DNA from: Candidatus Levyibacteriota bacterium
Lineage (GTDB): Bacteria; Patescibacteriota; Microgenomatia; Levybacterales; UBA12049
Direction: 5' to 3'
DNA: 64,000 nt
NCBI GenBank assembly: GCA_016182185.1
Contig: JACOXU010000003.1
Span: forward strand, 123,881 to 187,880
Shown: positions 28,707 to 38,406 of the stretch, piece by piece
How positions within the stretch are numbered: the stretch's first letter is position 1
Layout: every line of letters begins with the position of its first letter
The notes under the pieces: generated by a model
What the model saw: the letters and a program-made list of their open reading frames with translations, nothing else
The model's database searches: none
What the model was told of the DNA's origin: nothing
Translations under genes and position numbers: made by a program

Positions 28707-29229
28707 GAATCAGTTTGTCTTTCATTGACTGTTAAATTCGATCTTGCCTTATTCAAAAATTCTCTGACTTGATCACTTGACCATCTTTCATATTTTAACC
28801 CTCTTGGTTTTCTCATGCTGTGGTTCGTCTTTCTGACGCTAAAATCCTTAAAAGCAGGCTGTTCTTCGCGCGACAATCTGTTCCAAACTTGCCTGAGAAA
28901 ACTTATATTATGTAAAGATGTGCTTGCCCGTGTTTCATTGTAGCTATCAGCGATTTCCCTTAGATTACTCGGTCCAAAAACCCAAGCAATTCCTATATTT
29001 AATGTTTTTTCAGATATGCCTTCGTACAAAATCCTTTTTCGATAAGTTTTTGAACCAAGTACTGTCTCTGTTGATGACGCTTGGCCGGACTCATCTCTTT
29101 TTCCACCATAGCGTGGATTATAACATAAACATCGACTAAATCAGCTTTCCAGCAGTAAAATGGTCCAGGGAAAAGGATGGCGAACCTTTTTAATTGTCGA
29201 TTGTGAATTGTTAGTTGTAAATTGTTCAA
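28703..29229 (-). pseudogene. truncated/frameshifted tyrosine recombinase (integrase) N-terminal fragment
   Basis: two overlapping ORFs (28999..29229, 28703..29029); core-binding-domain-like TRASTSLHNISFLRQVWNRL and linker RKPRGLKYERWSSDQVREFL; catalytic domain absent. Confidence 0.35.
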
Positions 29230-29734
29230 ACCTCTTTGCCGTCCAGTGGTGGATGTGTTCGATGTCGTTTCCTAAACGAGTAATGTTTTTGCCTCTTAAA
29301 AAATTTGCCCCCATAAAAAACGGCTCATTGGGAACCGAAAGCAGAATATATTTTTTTGAAACTCGAATTAGTTCTTTTAAACCCTTTCTGGGATCTTCCA
29401 AATGCTCTAAGACTTCTGTCGCCATAACTAAATCGAATGCGTTGTCTTGATATTTAAGTTTATAGATATCTCCCTGATTTAAAATAAGATGTGGATGGGT
29501 TTTTTTACCAAGCTCTATGGCTGTTTCCAAAAAATCTACTCCTTCAAGTTTTTTGCCAATCTTATTTTCGTAAAGCTTGTTAAGAGTAAATCCCTCACCG
29601 CATCCCACATCCAAGACAGAGTTAATTTTTAAATCTTTGATAACGCTGATCAGATTCTTATAAAAATTATCTATAAGAAACTTTTGAAGAGGATTTTGAC
29701 TTGTGTGTTTTCTGAAATTATCTGTTTTTTCCAT
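29141..29734 (-). CDS. class I SAM-dependent methyltransferase
   Basis: 197 aa; motif I VLDVGCGEGFTL, motif II DLVMATEVLEHL. Confidence 0.7.
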   Translation of the reverse strand: MEKTDNFRKHTSQNPLQKFLIDNFYKNLISVIKDLKINSVLDVGCGEGFTLNKLYENKIGKKLEGVDFLETAIELGKKTHPHLILNQGDIYKLKYQDNAFDLVMATEVLEHLEDPRKGLKELIRVSKKYILLSVPNEPFFMGANFLRGKNITRLGNDIEHIHHWTAKRFEQFTTNNSQSTIKKVRHPFPWTILLLES

Positions 29735-30257
29735 ATTTTATTGCTTCAAATAGAACAATTCCTAAGGAAACAATGACATTCAAACTTTTGTTGACTCCCC
29801 ACATTGGAATTTCTGCTATATGATCTGCTATATCTAAAACCTCCTTTGAAACGCCTATGGTTTCATGTCCTACAACAAATGCAACAGGAAATTTATAATC
29901 GACTTTATTGTATGGAATACTTTTGGAATTCTGCTCAATGGCAATAATTTTGACTTTTGAATTTTGACTTTTGAGTTCGCGGATTGCTTGAACCGCGGTT
30001 GAAGAATAACTCCACGCCACCCATTCCGTTGTATTGATTGAGGCCTTTTTGATGCGAGAATTTGGCGGAGTCTCGGTTTCCCCGCACAAAATGACTTTTT
30101 CCGCCGCTACGGCATCGGCAAGCCTGAATATCCCGCCCACATTATAACTATCAAGTACATTGTCTACTATTATATATATGGAATTTTTCTTAATCTTTTT
30201 AAGATCTTTTTGCAAAGGAGAACTTGATCTTAATTCTTTGGCTCCCAGCTTGATCAT
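29718..30257 (-). CDS. SpoU/TrmH-family RNA 2-prime-O-methyltransferase
   Basis: 179 aa; SPOUT motifs VVGHETIGVSKEVL and IPMWGVNKSLNVIVSLGIVLFE. Confidence 0.7.
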   Translation of the reverse strand: MIKLGAKELRSSSPLQKDLKKIKKNSIYIIVDNVLDSYNVGGIFRLADAVAAEKVILCGETETPPNSRIKKASINTTEWVAWSYSSTAVQAIRELKSQNSKVKIIAIEQNSKSIPYNKVDYKFPVAFVVGHETIGVSKEVLDIADHIAEIPMWGVNKSLNVIVSLGIVLFEAIKYGKNR

Positions 30258-30291
30258 GGAACTAATTATACACTAAGAAGGTTTATTGAGG

Positions 30292-31338
30292 CTAATCTTC
30301 TTCCTCCTGCTCTCCGGATGAACTATTTCCGCTTGAAGATGAACCGCTATTTGAAGAGGAGCTACCACTTGAAGCAGATGGTCCAGAACTGTCGCTTGAT
30401 TCTTCATGAATTTTATCAACTTCGTTTTGGGCTTCCTCAAACTTCTTTGCCGCCTCTTTTGCTTTTTCGATAGCCTCTTTTGCACGCTCTGCCGCTTTTT
30501 TTCGAGCCTCAAACAATTTCTCCTGTTTTTTCTTTTCTGCTTCTAACAATTTTTCCTGGGCCTTTTTTCGAGCCTCATTTTTCTCCTCAATTGCTTTTCC
30601 TAGAGCCTCTTCTCTTCTTTTAAGAGCCCTTTGTGCGGCTTCTGTTGCTTCATGCTCGAGCTCATCCAATTCATCTTCAAGTTCCAGGGCCGATTCTGTC
30701 GCAGCTTCAATTCTTCTTTCAATTTCTCTATTTAGGTCATCACGAACTTCTATTTCGAATTCATCATCAGGTAAGCCATCCTCCACTTTTATCTTTGAAT
30801 TAAGAATTGATGCCTGAACGACTGAAACCATTAGTTCAAGTTGTCCGTCGGCTTGACTCTCTAAAACATCTAATAATTCCTGTCTTCTTTCGATATCAAC
30901 ATTGATTGTTCTTGCAGTCTCTGAAACATCTTCACCTTTAAGCTGTGCATTATTTAAATTATCTGCAGCCTGTTCCAGATTTTTGGAGACCCCTTCAAGA
31001 GCCGTTTCTATACCGCTTGGATTTTGGCGGGCAAGCATAAGACGAAGTTCTGCCAATCTCTCACCCGCAACTGCATTATGGATTTTTGCTTTGTCTTGAG
31101 GACTAAAGGTGAAGAACAAACGTGTTGCCTGCTTAATTTGATCTAAGAAAAAGAACGGGCTGTCAGGCAAGATCAATCCCGGTCCTTCAATAGTTGGCGG
31201 AAGTTGAGGAGTAGCAGATTGAGTTGAGACTCCCAACACTCTTCTGTGACGAGCATATACGGGTTCTGAGGTCACCAGAATTAAGATTAATATAGCGAAA
31301 GAGATTAAACCTATATAAACTGATGTTTTCCTGATCAC
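30292..31338 (-). CDS. membrane-anchored coiled-coil protein with acidic/Ser-rich C-terminus
   Basis: 348 aa; N-terminal TM, long E/K/A coiled-coil, C-terminal SSGSSSSNSGSSSSGNSSSGEQEEED. Confidence 0.4.
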   Translation of the reverse strand: MIRKTSVYIGLISFAILILILVTSEPVYARHRRVLGVSTQSATPQLPPTIEGPGLILPDSPFFFLDQIKQATRLFFTFSPQDKAKIHNAVAGERLAELRLMLARQNPSGIETALEGVSKNLEQAADNLNNAQLKGEDVSETARTINVDIERRQELLDVLESQADGQLELMVSVVQASILNSKIKVEDGLPDDEFEIEVRDDLNREIERRIEAATESALELEDELDELEHEATEAAQRALKRREEALGKAIEEKNEARKKAQEKLLEAEKKKQEKLFEARKKAAERAKEAIEKAKEAAKKFEEAQNEVDKIHEESSDSSGPSASSGSSSSNSGSSSSGNSSSGEQEEED

Positions 31339-31424
31339 ATTTTATTATGATCATATCTTTTAAATCTTGTCAAGTGTTGCCACTTAATACTTAATACTCT
31401 ATACTGAATACTAACTACAGTATT

Positions 31425-31865
31425 ATGACTGCAACCGGACACGCGATAATTGGAACTTTAATCGCTGCGAAATTTGGCGACCCTACTCTTGCCGTCCCCC
31501 TTGCTTTTGGCTCTCATATAGTAGCCGATGCACTACCCCATTGGGATGAAGGTGTTAACCCCAAAAAGAGTAAGCAAAAAATCGCATTTGATGCGGTAAT
31601 CGACGTAATCGCAGGTTTTATAATCTCCTATCTTATCGTTTTTATGCTCTTTCCGGGAACAAACCTTTTCTATGTTTTTATTTTGATTCTTGTTTCCCAA
31701 TCTCTTGACTGGATTACAGCACCTTATTATTTATTTGGAGTAAAACCGTTTAAGATTTTTTATAAATTTCAGAAGTTATTTGATAATCCGCAGGATAAAC
31801 CTTGGGGAATCATCAACCAGGTAGTAATTTTGGTTATATTGATTGCTCTTGCGAAGCTTTTTTGA
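31425..31865 (+). CDS. YdjM/DUF457-like membrane-bound metal-dependent hydrolase (putative)
   Basis: 146 aa; GSHIVADALPHWD motif and 3-4 TM helices. Confidence 0.35.
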   Translation: MTATGHAIIGTLIAAKFGDPTLAVPLAFGSHIVADALPHWDEGVNPKKSKQKIAFDAVIDVIAGFIISYLIVFMLFPGTNLFYVFILILVSQSLDWITAPYYLFGVKPFKIFYKFQKLFDNPQDKPWGIINQVVILVILIALAKLF

Positions 31866-33849
31866 TGTCTTGTAATTTCCAGGCGGCAAAAGTGCATTTG
31901 GGGTAATTTGAGCAACCATAAAAATATCGGCCTTTTTTTGACTTTTTGAGTATAATTTTCCCTCCATCATTTGGACAAATTTGGCCAGTCTCTTCTGCAT
32001 ATGGCTTGGTAAAATTACATTTAGGAAAAGCGCTGCATGCCAAAAACTTTCCAAATTTACCGATTCGAATTACGAGATCTGATCCGCATTTTGGACATTT
32101 TTCATCTGTTTTTTCAACTTCAATTTTGACTCTTTCGGCGTCTTTAACATCATTTAATGTTTTCTCAAAATCTTTATAAAAACTTCCTATCACAGGGATC
32201 CACTCTTTCTTGTCATTTGCAACAGCATCCAGCTCATCCTCCATTTCGGCCGTAAACGGTATGTCATCAACTGTTGAGAAATTTTTGACCAGAAAATCAT
32301 TTACTGCTACACCTACCGGTGTCGGGACAAATCTTCCTTCCATTCTCTCGATGTATTGCCTTGACTCAATTGTCGAAACGATAGTTGCATAAGTCGAAGG
32401 ACGCCCTATTCCCTTTTCCTCAAGAGTTGCTACCAAAGATGCATCATTGTAACGAGGTGGGGGTAATGTTTCATGTTCTTCTTCTTGAATTTTATCAGCC
32501 CTTAACTCTTCACCAGTCTTAAACTCAGGTAAAATTTTATCATTAATCGCCTGAGGCGTAAGCTTTAAGAATCCATCGAATATCAAAACCGACCCAGTCG
32601 TCTTCAACCGATATTTTTTGTCGTTTGAGTCTGTCAATACCGTAGTTGACTCAATGATTGCATCAGCCATCTGCGACGCTACTGCCCTATTCCAGATGAG
32701 TTCATAAAGTCTTCCATGATCTTGCTGCAGATCCTTCGCAACTTCTTCTTTTGAAACACTTATTGCAGTGGGTCGAATAGCTTCATGCGCTTCCTGAGCC
32801 AGCTTTTGCTTTGTTCTGTATACTCTTGGTACATCAGGCGTATATTTTTTTCCGAACTTCTTTTCTATATAATTTCTGATGGATGTTACTGCCGAGCTTG
32901 CTATGATTACCGAATCGGTTCGATGATAAGTAATATAACCTTCTTCATATAGCTTTTGAGCAAGTGCCATAGTTCTTTTTCCAGACATTCCGAGGCGTCT
33001 TGACGCATCTTGTTGAAGAGTTGAGGTGGTAAACGGAGCATAAGGGCTTCTTTTTGCTTCTTTCTGCAAAATATCAGCTACGACAAACTGCTTTGCCCTA
33101 AGATCTTCGACAATTTTCTTAGCTTGTTCCAACAATCCGATGGATGTTTTGCTGACTCTGTACTGCCCGTCATACAGCTCATGAATTTTTTGGATTTCTA
33201 ACTTTTCACCATTTATTTCTATTAGTTCAAATTCCGTAGTTTTATTCTCTTTTTCAAAAAAAACCGAAATAGTCCAATACTTTTCCTTTTTGAACTTTTC
33301 AATTTCTCTTTCTCTCTCAACAATAAGTCTTAAAGCAACTGATTGTACACGGCCGGCTGACAAGCCACGTCTAATCTTCTGCCACAAGATCGGTGAAAGT
33401 TTATAACCGACCAGCCTGTCCAACACCCTTCTTGCAGTTTGAGCATCGACCAAATTATCATCAACTTCCCGCGGATGATTCAAGGCTTCATCTATGGCTT
33501 CTTTGGTTATTTCATGAAAAACAATGCGGTTGAATTTTTTTGCCTTATCTTCCTCAAGTAAAATATCTCTTACATGGGCTGCTATGGCCTCTCCTTCACG
33601 GTCCGGATCTGTCGCCAGAATTACAGTTTCAGCAGTTTTACTGGCTGACTTAAGATCTGAGATGACCTTTTTTTTGGCCTCAACCAACTGAAAATCAGGC
33701 TTGAAGTTTTTTTCTGTATCGACTCCAAGTTTACTCTTGGGCAAATCCATAACATGCCCCATTGAGGCTTTTATTTCATAATCGCTGCCCAGGAATCTTC
33801 GCAGTGTTCTTGCCTTTGTCGGTGATTCAACAACTACCAAATGCTTCAT
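31834..33849 (-). CDS. topA: DNA topoisomerase I with C-terminal zinc ribbons
   Basis: 671 aa; Toprim N-terminus MKHLVVVESPTKARTL, catalytic Tyr region, three C4 zinc-ribbon repeats (CPKCGSDL..., CPNDGGKI...). Confidence 0.9.
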   Translation of the reverse strand: MKHLVVVESPTKARTLRRFLGSDYEIKASMGHVMDLPKSKLGVDTEKNFKPDFQLVEAKKKVISDLKSASKTAETVILATDPDREGEAIAAHVRDILLEEDKAKKFNRIVFHEITKEAIDEALNHPREVDDNLVDAQTARRVLDRLVGYKLSPILWQKIRRGLSAGRVQSVALRLIVEREREIEKFKKEKYWTISVFFEKENKTTEFELIEINGEKLEIQKIHELYDGQYRVSKTSIGLLEQAKKIVEDLRAKQFVVADILQKEAKRSPYAPFTTSTLQQDASRRLGMSGKRTMALAQKLYEEGYITYHRTDSVIIASSAVTSIRNYIEKKFGKKYTPDVPRVYRTKQKLAQEAHEAIRPTAISVSKEEVAKDLQQDHGRLYELIWNRAVASQMADAIIESTTVLTDSNDKKYRLKTTGSVLIFDGFLKLTPQAINDKILPEFKTGEELRADKIQEEEHETLPPPRYNDASLVATLEEKGIGRPSTYATIVSTIESRQYIERMEGRFVPTPVGVAVNDFLVKNFSTVDDIPFTAEMEDELDAVANDKKEWIPVIGSFYKDFEKTLNDVKDAERVKIEVEKTDEKCPKCGSDLVIRIGKFGKFLACSAFPKCNFTKPYAEETGQICPNDGGKIILKKSKKGRYFYGCSNYPKCTFAAWKLQDIKKASQEQSI

Positions 33850-33919
33850 AACTTATACAGTTTATTTTAAACTATACCATACTTGTCAAGAACGAATTAT
33901 TAACTCTTGACTCTTGCTG

Positions 33920-33947
33920 TTATAATGTGTTATAACAAATTATAACG
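33920..33947 (+). promoter_or_regulatory. three direct TTATAAY repeats at 10-nt spacing upstream of AbrB-like gene
   Basis: TTATAATgtgTTATAACaaaTTATAAC. Confidence 0.4.
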
Positions 33948-33961
33948 ATACAAACCTAACA

Positions 33962-34123
33962 ATGGTAAGAAAATTATTAAGAATTGGAAATTCAGTTGGA
34001 GTAACGCTTGACAAAAAGATGTTAAGAAGTCTTGGGATGGATGGCGTGACCTGGGTCTGGATTGAACCGGATAAAAAGCACAACACAATTCTAATCCGCA
34101 AACGCGAAGAAACCGACTGGTAA
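33962..34123 (+). CDS. AbrB/MazE (SpoVT-AbrB)-like small DNA-binding protein (not in ORF track, 53 aa)
   Basis: MVRKLLRIGNSVGVTLDKKMLRSLGMDG...WIEPDKKHNTILIRKRE matches swapped-hairpin antitoxin fold; three TTATAAY direct repeats upstream. Confidence 0.5.
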   Translation: MVRKLLRIGNSVGVTLDKKMLRSLGMDGVTWVWIEPDKKHNTILIRKREETDW

Positions 34124-34171
34124 TCTTTAGCAAAGTTTGATTTTACGGTCCACAGTGATATAATTTCCCCT

Positions 34172-34555
34172 ATGCAGTCGCATGAGAGAGAAAAAAGGCT
34201 ACCTGTTGGATTCGATATTGAAAAAATAGCTGAGAATTTAAGAGGATGGGAGTTAAGACAATTTTCTTTCATGAGAGAAGAAGGTGAATGGCAGCTTTAT
34301 AGAGTAGTCTCTGACGATAATGTAAGTCTAGAAATGAAACCGGCTAAGAGGTACGTTTGTTTAAGAGCAGCTACAGGAAGGCATTTTTCGACCAATGCTA
34401 ATATCTTTTGTAGAAATATAGAATCTGTTAATATTTCTAAAGGTGAGGTGGAATTTAAAGGAGATGTAAATTTAATTGTCCGAACATACAGCTTTGAAGT
34501 AAGACTCCCGGATGCTCCTCGAGAAGATGCTATTATTGTACATTTTACTCCTTAA
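34172..34555 (+). CDS. hypothetical protein, probably leaderless transcript
   Basis: 127 aa; own TTGATT-16-TGATATAAT promoter ending 7 nt before ATG. Confidence 0.35.
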   Translation: MQSHEREKRLPVGFDIEKIAENLRGWELRQFSFMREEGEWQLYRVVSDDNVSLEMKPAKRYVCLRAATGRHFSTNANIFCRNIESVNISKGEVEFKGDVNLIVRTYSFEVRLPDAPREDAIIVHFTP

Positions 34556-35657
34556 CTGAATAGGTACTATTACCCACATTTTTAACTATCCCCTTAATCT
34601 CCATCATTGATAAAATACTCCCGAGTTTTGAGGAATCAATCCTTGTCTTTCGGGCAATTTCATCAAAATACAATTCCTCATTCCTCAAAGCTTGTAAAAT
34701 CAATCTCTCTTCTTTACTCTCTGTTTTATATTTTGTAGTTTGGGTTTTTGGATTTATTTGAGATTTGTAATTTGGAATTTGTAATTTTAATTCATTTAGT
34801 ATATCTTCAGTAGACGTTACCAACTTCGCTCCCTTATTTATCAGCTTATAAGGTCCTTTCGACAAGACAGAATTAATCGGACCCGGCACTGCGAAAACCT
34901 TGCGATTAAATTTGAAGGCAAAATCAGCTGTAATAAGAGAGCCCGAATCCTCTGCTCCTTCTGTGACTAAAACTGCCTTGGATAATCCTGCTATAATTCT
35001 ATTTCGTGAAGGGAAAAGACCCTTGCCTGGTAAGTAACTTAGGGGAACCTCGGAAATTACGCAGCCTCTGCCATTAATAATTTTGTCATAAATATTTTTA
35101 TTATGTATCGGCGTGCAGCAATCCACTCCACATCCCAAAACTGCGATAGTCTTCCCGCCATTTTCAAGAGTAGATAAATGCGAAATCCCGTCAATGCCTA
35201 ACGCCAGACCAGATACTATTGTAAAACCTGATAAGCTTAAATCTTCAGCAAACTTCTGGGTGACTTCCTTTCCATAATTTGTTGGCTTTCTTGATCCGAC
35301 AATTCCAATTGTCTGTTTCAATTCATCTTTAAACTTCTCAAATCTTAATCCTCTGCCAAAAAGGACAAATGGCGGATTGGGAATCTCAAGAAGAAGTTCG
35401 GGATAACTTGTGTCATTACTTGTGATGAACCAGGCATTCTTCTTTTTTAATTTTTCCAAGTAATCTTTTATAGAAAATTCATTCCTGAATTTATCAAACT
35501 TAATTGTCAGCTTGTCCCCCAAAACTTTTTTTAAATCTGTTATTTCGGCTTTCCATGCTTTTTCTGCTGTTCCAAACTCGGCAAGCAGTTTTTTAAATTT
35601 CAAAGGTCCTACTCCAGAAAACACCGAAAACCCCAACCAATAATTTCTTTCCTCCAT
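34545..35657 (-). CDS. dprA: DNA processing protein DprA (Smf) with C-terminal winged helix
   Basis: 370 aa; Rossmann core GIVGSRKPTNYG...GLALGIDGISH; linker codes an intergenic-type repeat word. Confidence 0.8.
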   Translation of the reverse strand: MEERNYWLGFSVFSGVGPLKFKKLLAEFGTAEKAWKAEITDLKKVLGDKLTIKFDKFRNEFSIKDYLEKLKKKNAWFITSNDTSYPELLLEIPNPPFVLFGRGLRFEKFKDELKQTIGIVGSRKPTNYGKEVTQKFAEDLSLSGFTIVSGLALGIDGISHLSTLENGGKTIAVLGCGVDCCTPIHNKNIYDKIINGRGCVISEVPLSYLPGKGLFPSRNRIIAGLSKAVLVTEGAEDSGSLITADFAFKFNRKVFAVPGPINSVLSKGPYKLINKGAKLVTSTEDILNELKLQIPNYKSQINPKTQTTKYKTESKEERLILQALRNEELYFDEIARKTRIDSSKLGSILSMMEIKGIVKNVGNSTYSVKE

Positions 35658-35705
35658 TATCTAATAATATTTTCAAATTCTGGCAAAATAAGCAATATTG
35701 ACGGC

Positions 35706-36188
35706 GTGAAAACACTTTGGTATGATTTTCAAATGGAGTTAGGAGATATTCCAAAACAGCTTAAAAAGGCTCTAGGAAGGCCGCAACCTGCTCTACCAAA
35801 GCAATCTGGATTAGATATTCCTTTCCCCAGATCTCCTGTTGAACATTTAAGACCAGATCTTAAAAACGGTCCTTTAAAAGATTCTATTGCGGGAAACGGA
35901 ACTAAATCTTTGTCAAATGCGGTCGCACAAGGATTGATCAAACAAGGAGATAAAATACATGTAATATCAAAACCAGATTCTGGTGATGATCTTGTTTATT
36001 TAGGACCCAGTCAAAACAATAACCCAAACAATCCTCCTTCTCACAGCTTCTACTGGTTAAAAGAAAGACAACCTGTCGCAGTTAATAATATTACAAGATG
36101 GATGAGGCTTGGACAAGAATCAGAATTACCAGATCATGCTAAGCAGGCAATAGAAAAGTTTCAAACAAAAAAATCAGGTCAAAAATAA
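35706..36188 (+). CDS. hypothetical protein
   Basis: 160 aa ORF, Pro/Asn-rich, no motif recognised. Confidence 0.3.
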   Translation: MKTLWYDFQMELGDIPKQLKKALGRPQPALPKQSGLDIPFPRSPVEHLRPDLKNGPLKDSIAGNGTKSLSNAVAQGLIKQGDKIHVISKPDSGDDLVYLGPSQNNNPNNPPSHSFYWLKERQPVAVNNITRWMRLGQESELPDHAKQAIEKFQTKKSGQK

Positions 36189-36194
36189 TTATTT

Positions 36195-37985
36195 CTATTC
36201 TCTACTAAACCATTCCTCCAGCACCTTTTTTGCAATCGGTGTAGCAATATTTGATCCCTCACCGCTCTCCTCAGCCAAAACAGTAACAATTATTTGAGGA
36301 TCATATGCCGGTGCAAAAAGCGTTATCCAGGCGTGAGGAAGGGTCTTTTCTGTCCCGTGTTGTGCTGTTCCGGTTTTGCAGGCTATTGATATCTTTCTAT
36401 AATCTTTAAAGCTTCCCGAAGTAGTAGACTGCGGTGCCTCCAAAAAATTTTTTCCATCAACTTTTAACTTTTCATTTTTAACTGTAAAGTTAAAAAGCGG
36501 CCAGGCAACCCCGCCCGGACTGCAGGATTCAACCATGCCCTGGCGAATAAGATCTGCCGAATCAGGAGACAATAAATCTTTTTTAAAAACCATTGGCTTT
36601 GTATTCATTAGTAAATGTGGCTTATAAATGATTCCCTCATTGGAAATTGCCTGGGTCCAAATATTGACCTGAAGCGGAGTAGTCAAAACGTACCCCTGTC
36701 CAATTCCATAATGATAGGTATCACCCAAATACCATTGTTCCCCGATCTCCTTTTCTTTCCATAGCGGAGTTGGCACATTCCCAGCTGCTTCCCCGGCCAA
36801 GTCAATTCCGAGCCTTTCTCCAAGACCAAACTTTTCAGCAGTCTTTGAAATTTTTTCAACGCCGATTTTTTCGCCAAGTTTATAAAAAAATATGTCATTT
36901 GAGCGCTTGATTCCTTTGATAACGTCAACTGCCCCATCTTTTCTACCATACTGGCTGTAGTACCAATTTGAAAAGGAGAAAGAACCCACATTTATGATTC
37001 CTGTATCTTCGACTTCGTAGCTTCTGTCAATAATTTTATTTTCAAGGCCTGAGGCTGCAACTATCAATTTAAAGGTCGATCCGGGAGGATAAACACCTGA
37101 GATAGAACGATTTAATAACGGTTGGTTGTTGTTATCGGTAAGAGCTTGCTCTATTGTTTGATAGTTATTATCAGGATCTGTTCTATAATCTTGTCCCATT
37201 GTAAAGAGGTTGGGATCAAATGAAGGTTTTGAGACCATAGAAAGAACTTCCCCATTTGGTGTCGATACTATAACAGTTCCTTTTTTTACATTTTTTAATG
37301 CTTCAAAAGCTGTTTTCTGAAGCTTTGCATCAAGAGTAAATGTAAGATCTTTTCCAGGAATTGGATCTGTCTGACCGAGTTTTCTCACAGATTTTCCCAG
37401 ACTGTCTGTTTCGAGCAATTGTTTACCGTCTATTCCTTTAAGAAAGGTTTCGTATTCCTGCTCAACGCCCATCTTGCCAATTAAATCCCCTCCTTTATAG
37501 GCTGAAAATTTCGATTCTTTAAGCTCTTCTTTGTCAATTTGGCCAATGTATCCAACTACATGGGCAAAAATATCTTTATAGGGGTATGAACGGAGCGCAT
37601 CAACCTCAAGATCTTTCTTTCCCTGAGCAATCAATGTTATAGCTTTTTCATTATCAATTACTCTTGTCTTGCCGTTTATCGTTTCACGGAAACCCGGAAC
37701 ATTAAAAACCAATGGATCTTTATTTCGATCAAAGATTATACCGCGGGGAGCATGAATTACGACTGTTCTTATTCTGTTATTGTCAGACAAATCCCTATAA
37801 TATGATCCCTGAATAATCTGAAGATCAAATAGCCGAAAAAAGATAACCACTGCTGCTAGAACAAGCAAAAGCGGCATAAAGAAAACCCGCATATTACTGG
37901 GCTTGTCAAAATGTCTCGATGCACTGCTCCTTGGTTTTTCAGAGGTTATATAGTCAGGAAATGCAATTCCAGTCTTGAGCATCAT
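36195..37985 (-). CDS. mrdA: penicillin-binding protein 2 (transpeptidase)
   Basis: 596 aa; STFK (PPGSTFKL), SxN and KTGTA motifs; follows mreCD. Confidence 0.8.
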   Translation of the reverse strand: MMLKTGIAFPDYITSEKPRSSASRHFDKPSNMRVFFMPLLLVLAAVVIFFRLFDLQIIQGSYYRDLSDNNRIRTVVIHAPRGIIFDRNKDPLVFNVPGFRETINGKTRVIDNEKAITLIAQGKKDLEVDALRSYPYKDIFAHVVGYIGQIDKEELKESKFSAYKGGDLIGKMGVEQEYETFLKGIDGKQLLETDSLGKSVRKLGQTDPIPGKDLTFTLDAKLQKTAFEALKNVKKGTVIVSTPNGEVLSMVSKPSFDPNLFTMGQDYRTDPDNNYQTIEQALTDNNNQPLLNRSISGVYPPGSTFKLIVAASGLENKIIDRSYEVEDTGIINVGSFSFSNWYYSQYGRKDGAVDVIKGIKRSNDIFFYKLGEKIGVEKISKTAEKFGLGERLGIDLAGEAAGNVPTPLWKEKEIGEQWYLGDTYHYGIGQGYVLTTPLQVNIWTQAISNEGIIYKPHLLMNTKPMVFKKDLLSPDSADLIRQGMVESCSPGGVAWPLFNFTVKNEKLKVDGKNFLEAPQSTTSGSFKDYRKISIACKTGTAQHGTEKTLPHAWITLFAPAYDPQIIVTVLAEESGEGSNIATPIAKKVLEEWFSRE

Positions 37986-38404
37986 AAGGTTACTTTAGAA
38001 CTATCTGATTTCATTATTTTTTTAACTGCTATAAAAGAAAGAATCCCTATGATCGAACTCGTAATTGCCTGAAACAAAATATCGCGATAGCCGAAAAAAA
38101 TAAGATATGCGATGCTTCCCAAAAATGATGCCATAAATACAAAAGGAACTGTTCTTATTTCAAATTTTTTGTCGTAGAGAAGAACTATGAATAAAAAAAT
38201 TGTCAGAAAAAGACTTGTTTTTCCTATTGGGTTTAGTTTTATTAGATCGATCATTAATCCTGCCGAAAAAGCCAAAAGGAAAATCCAAGATTTCTTGCTT
38301 ATTACTGATATTAGCAAAATGGCCAGCAGAACTAAAGGAATCGTAGTGATACTTGCTTCAAGAAGTATAAGAAATATGATAAAGATTATCAAGAAGATAT
38401 ACAT
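37982..38404 (-). CDS. mreD: rod shape-determining protein MreD (putative)
   Basis: 140 aa polytopic membrane protein between mreC and pbp2. Confidence 0.5.
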   Translation of the reverse strand: MYIFLIIFIIFLILLEASITTIPLVLLAILLISVISKKSWIFLLAFSAGLMIDLIKLNPIGKTSLFLTIFLFIVLLYDKKFEIRTVPFVFMASFLGSIAYLIFFGYRDILFQAITSSIIGILSFIAVKKIMKSDSSKVTL

Positions 38405-38406
38405 GA

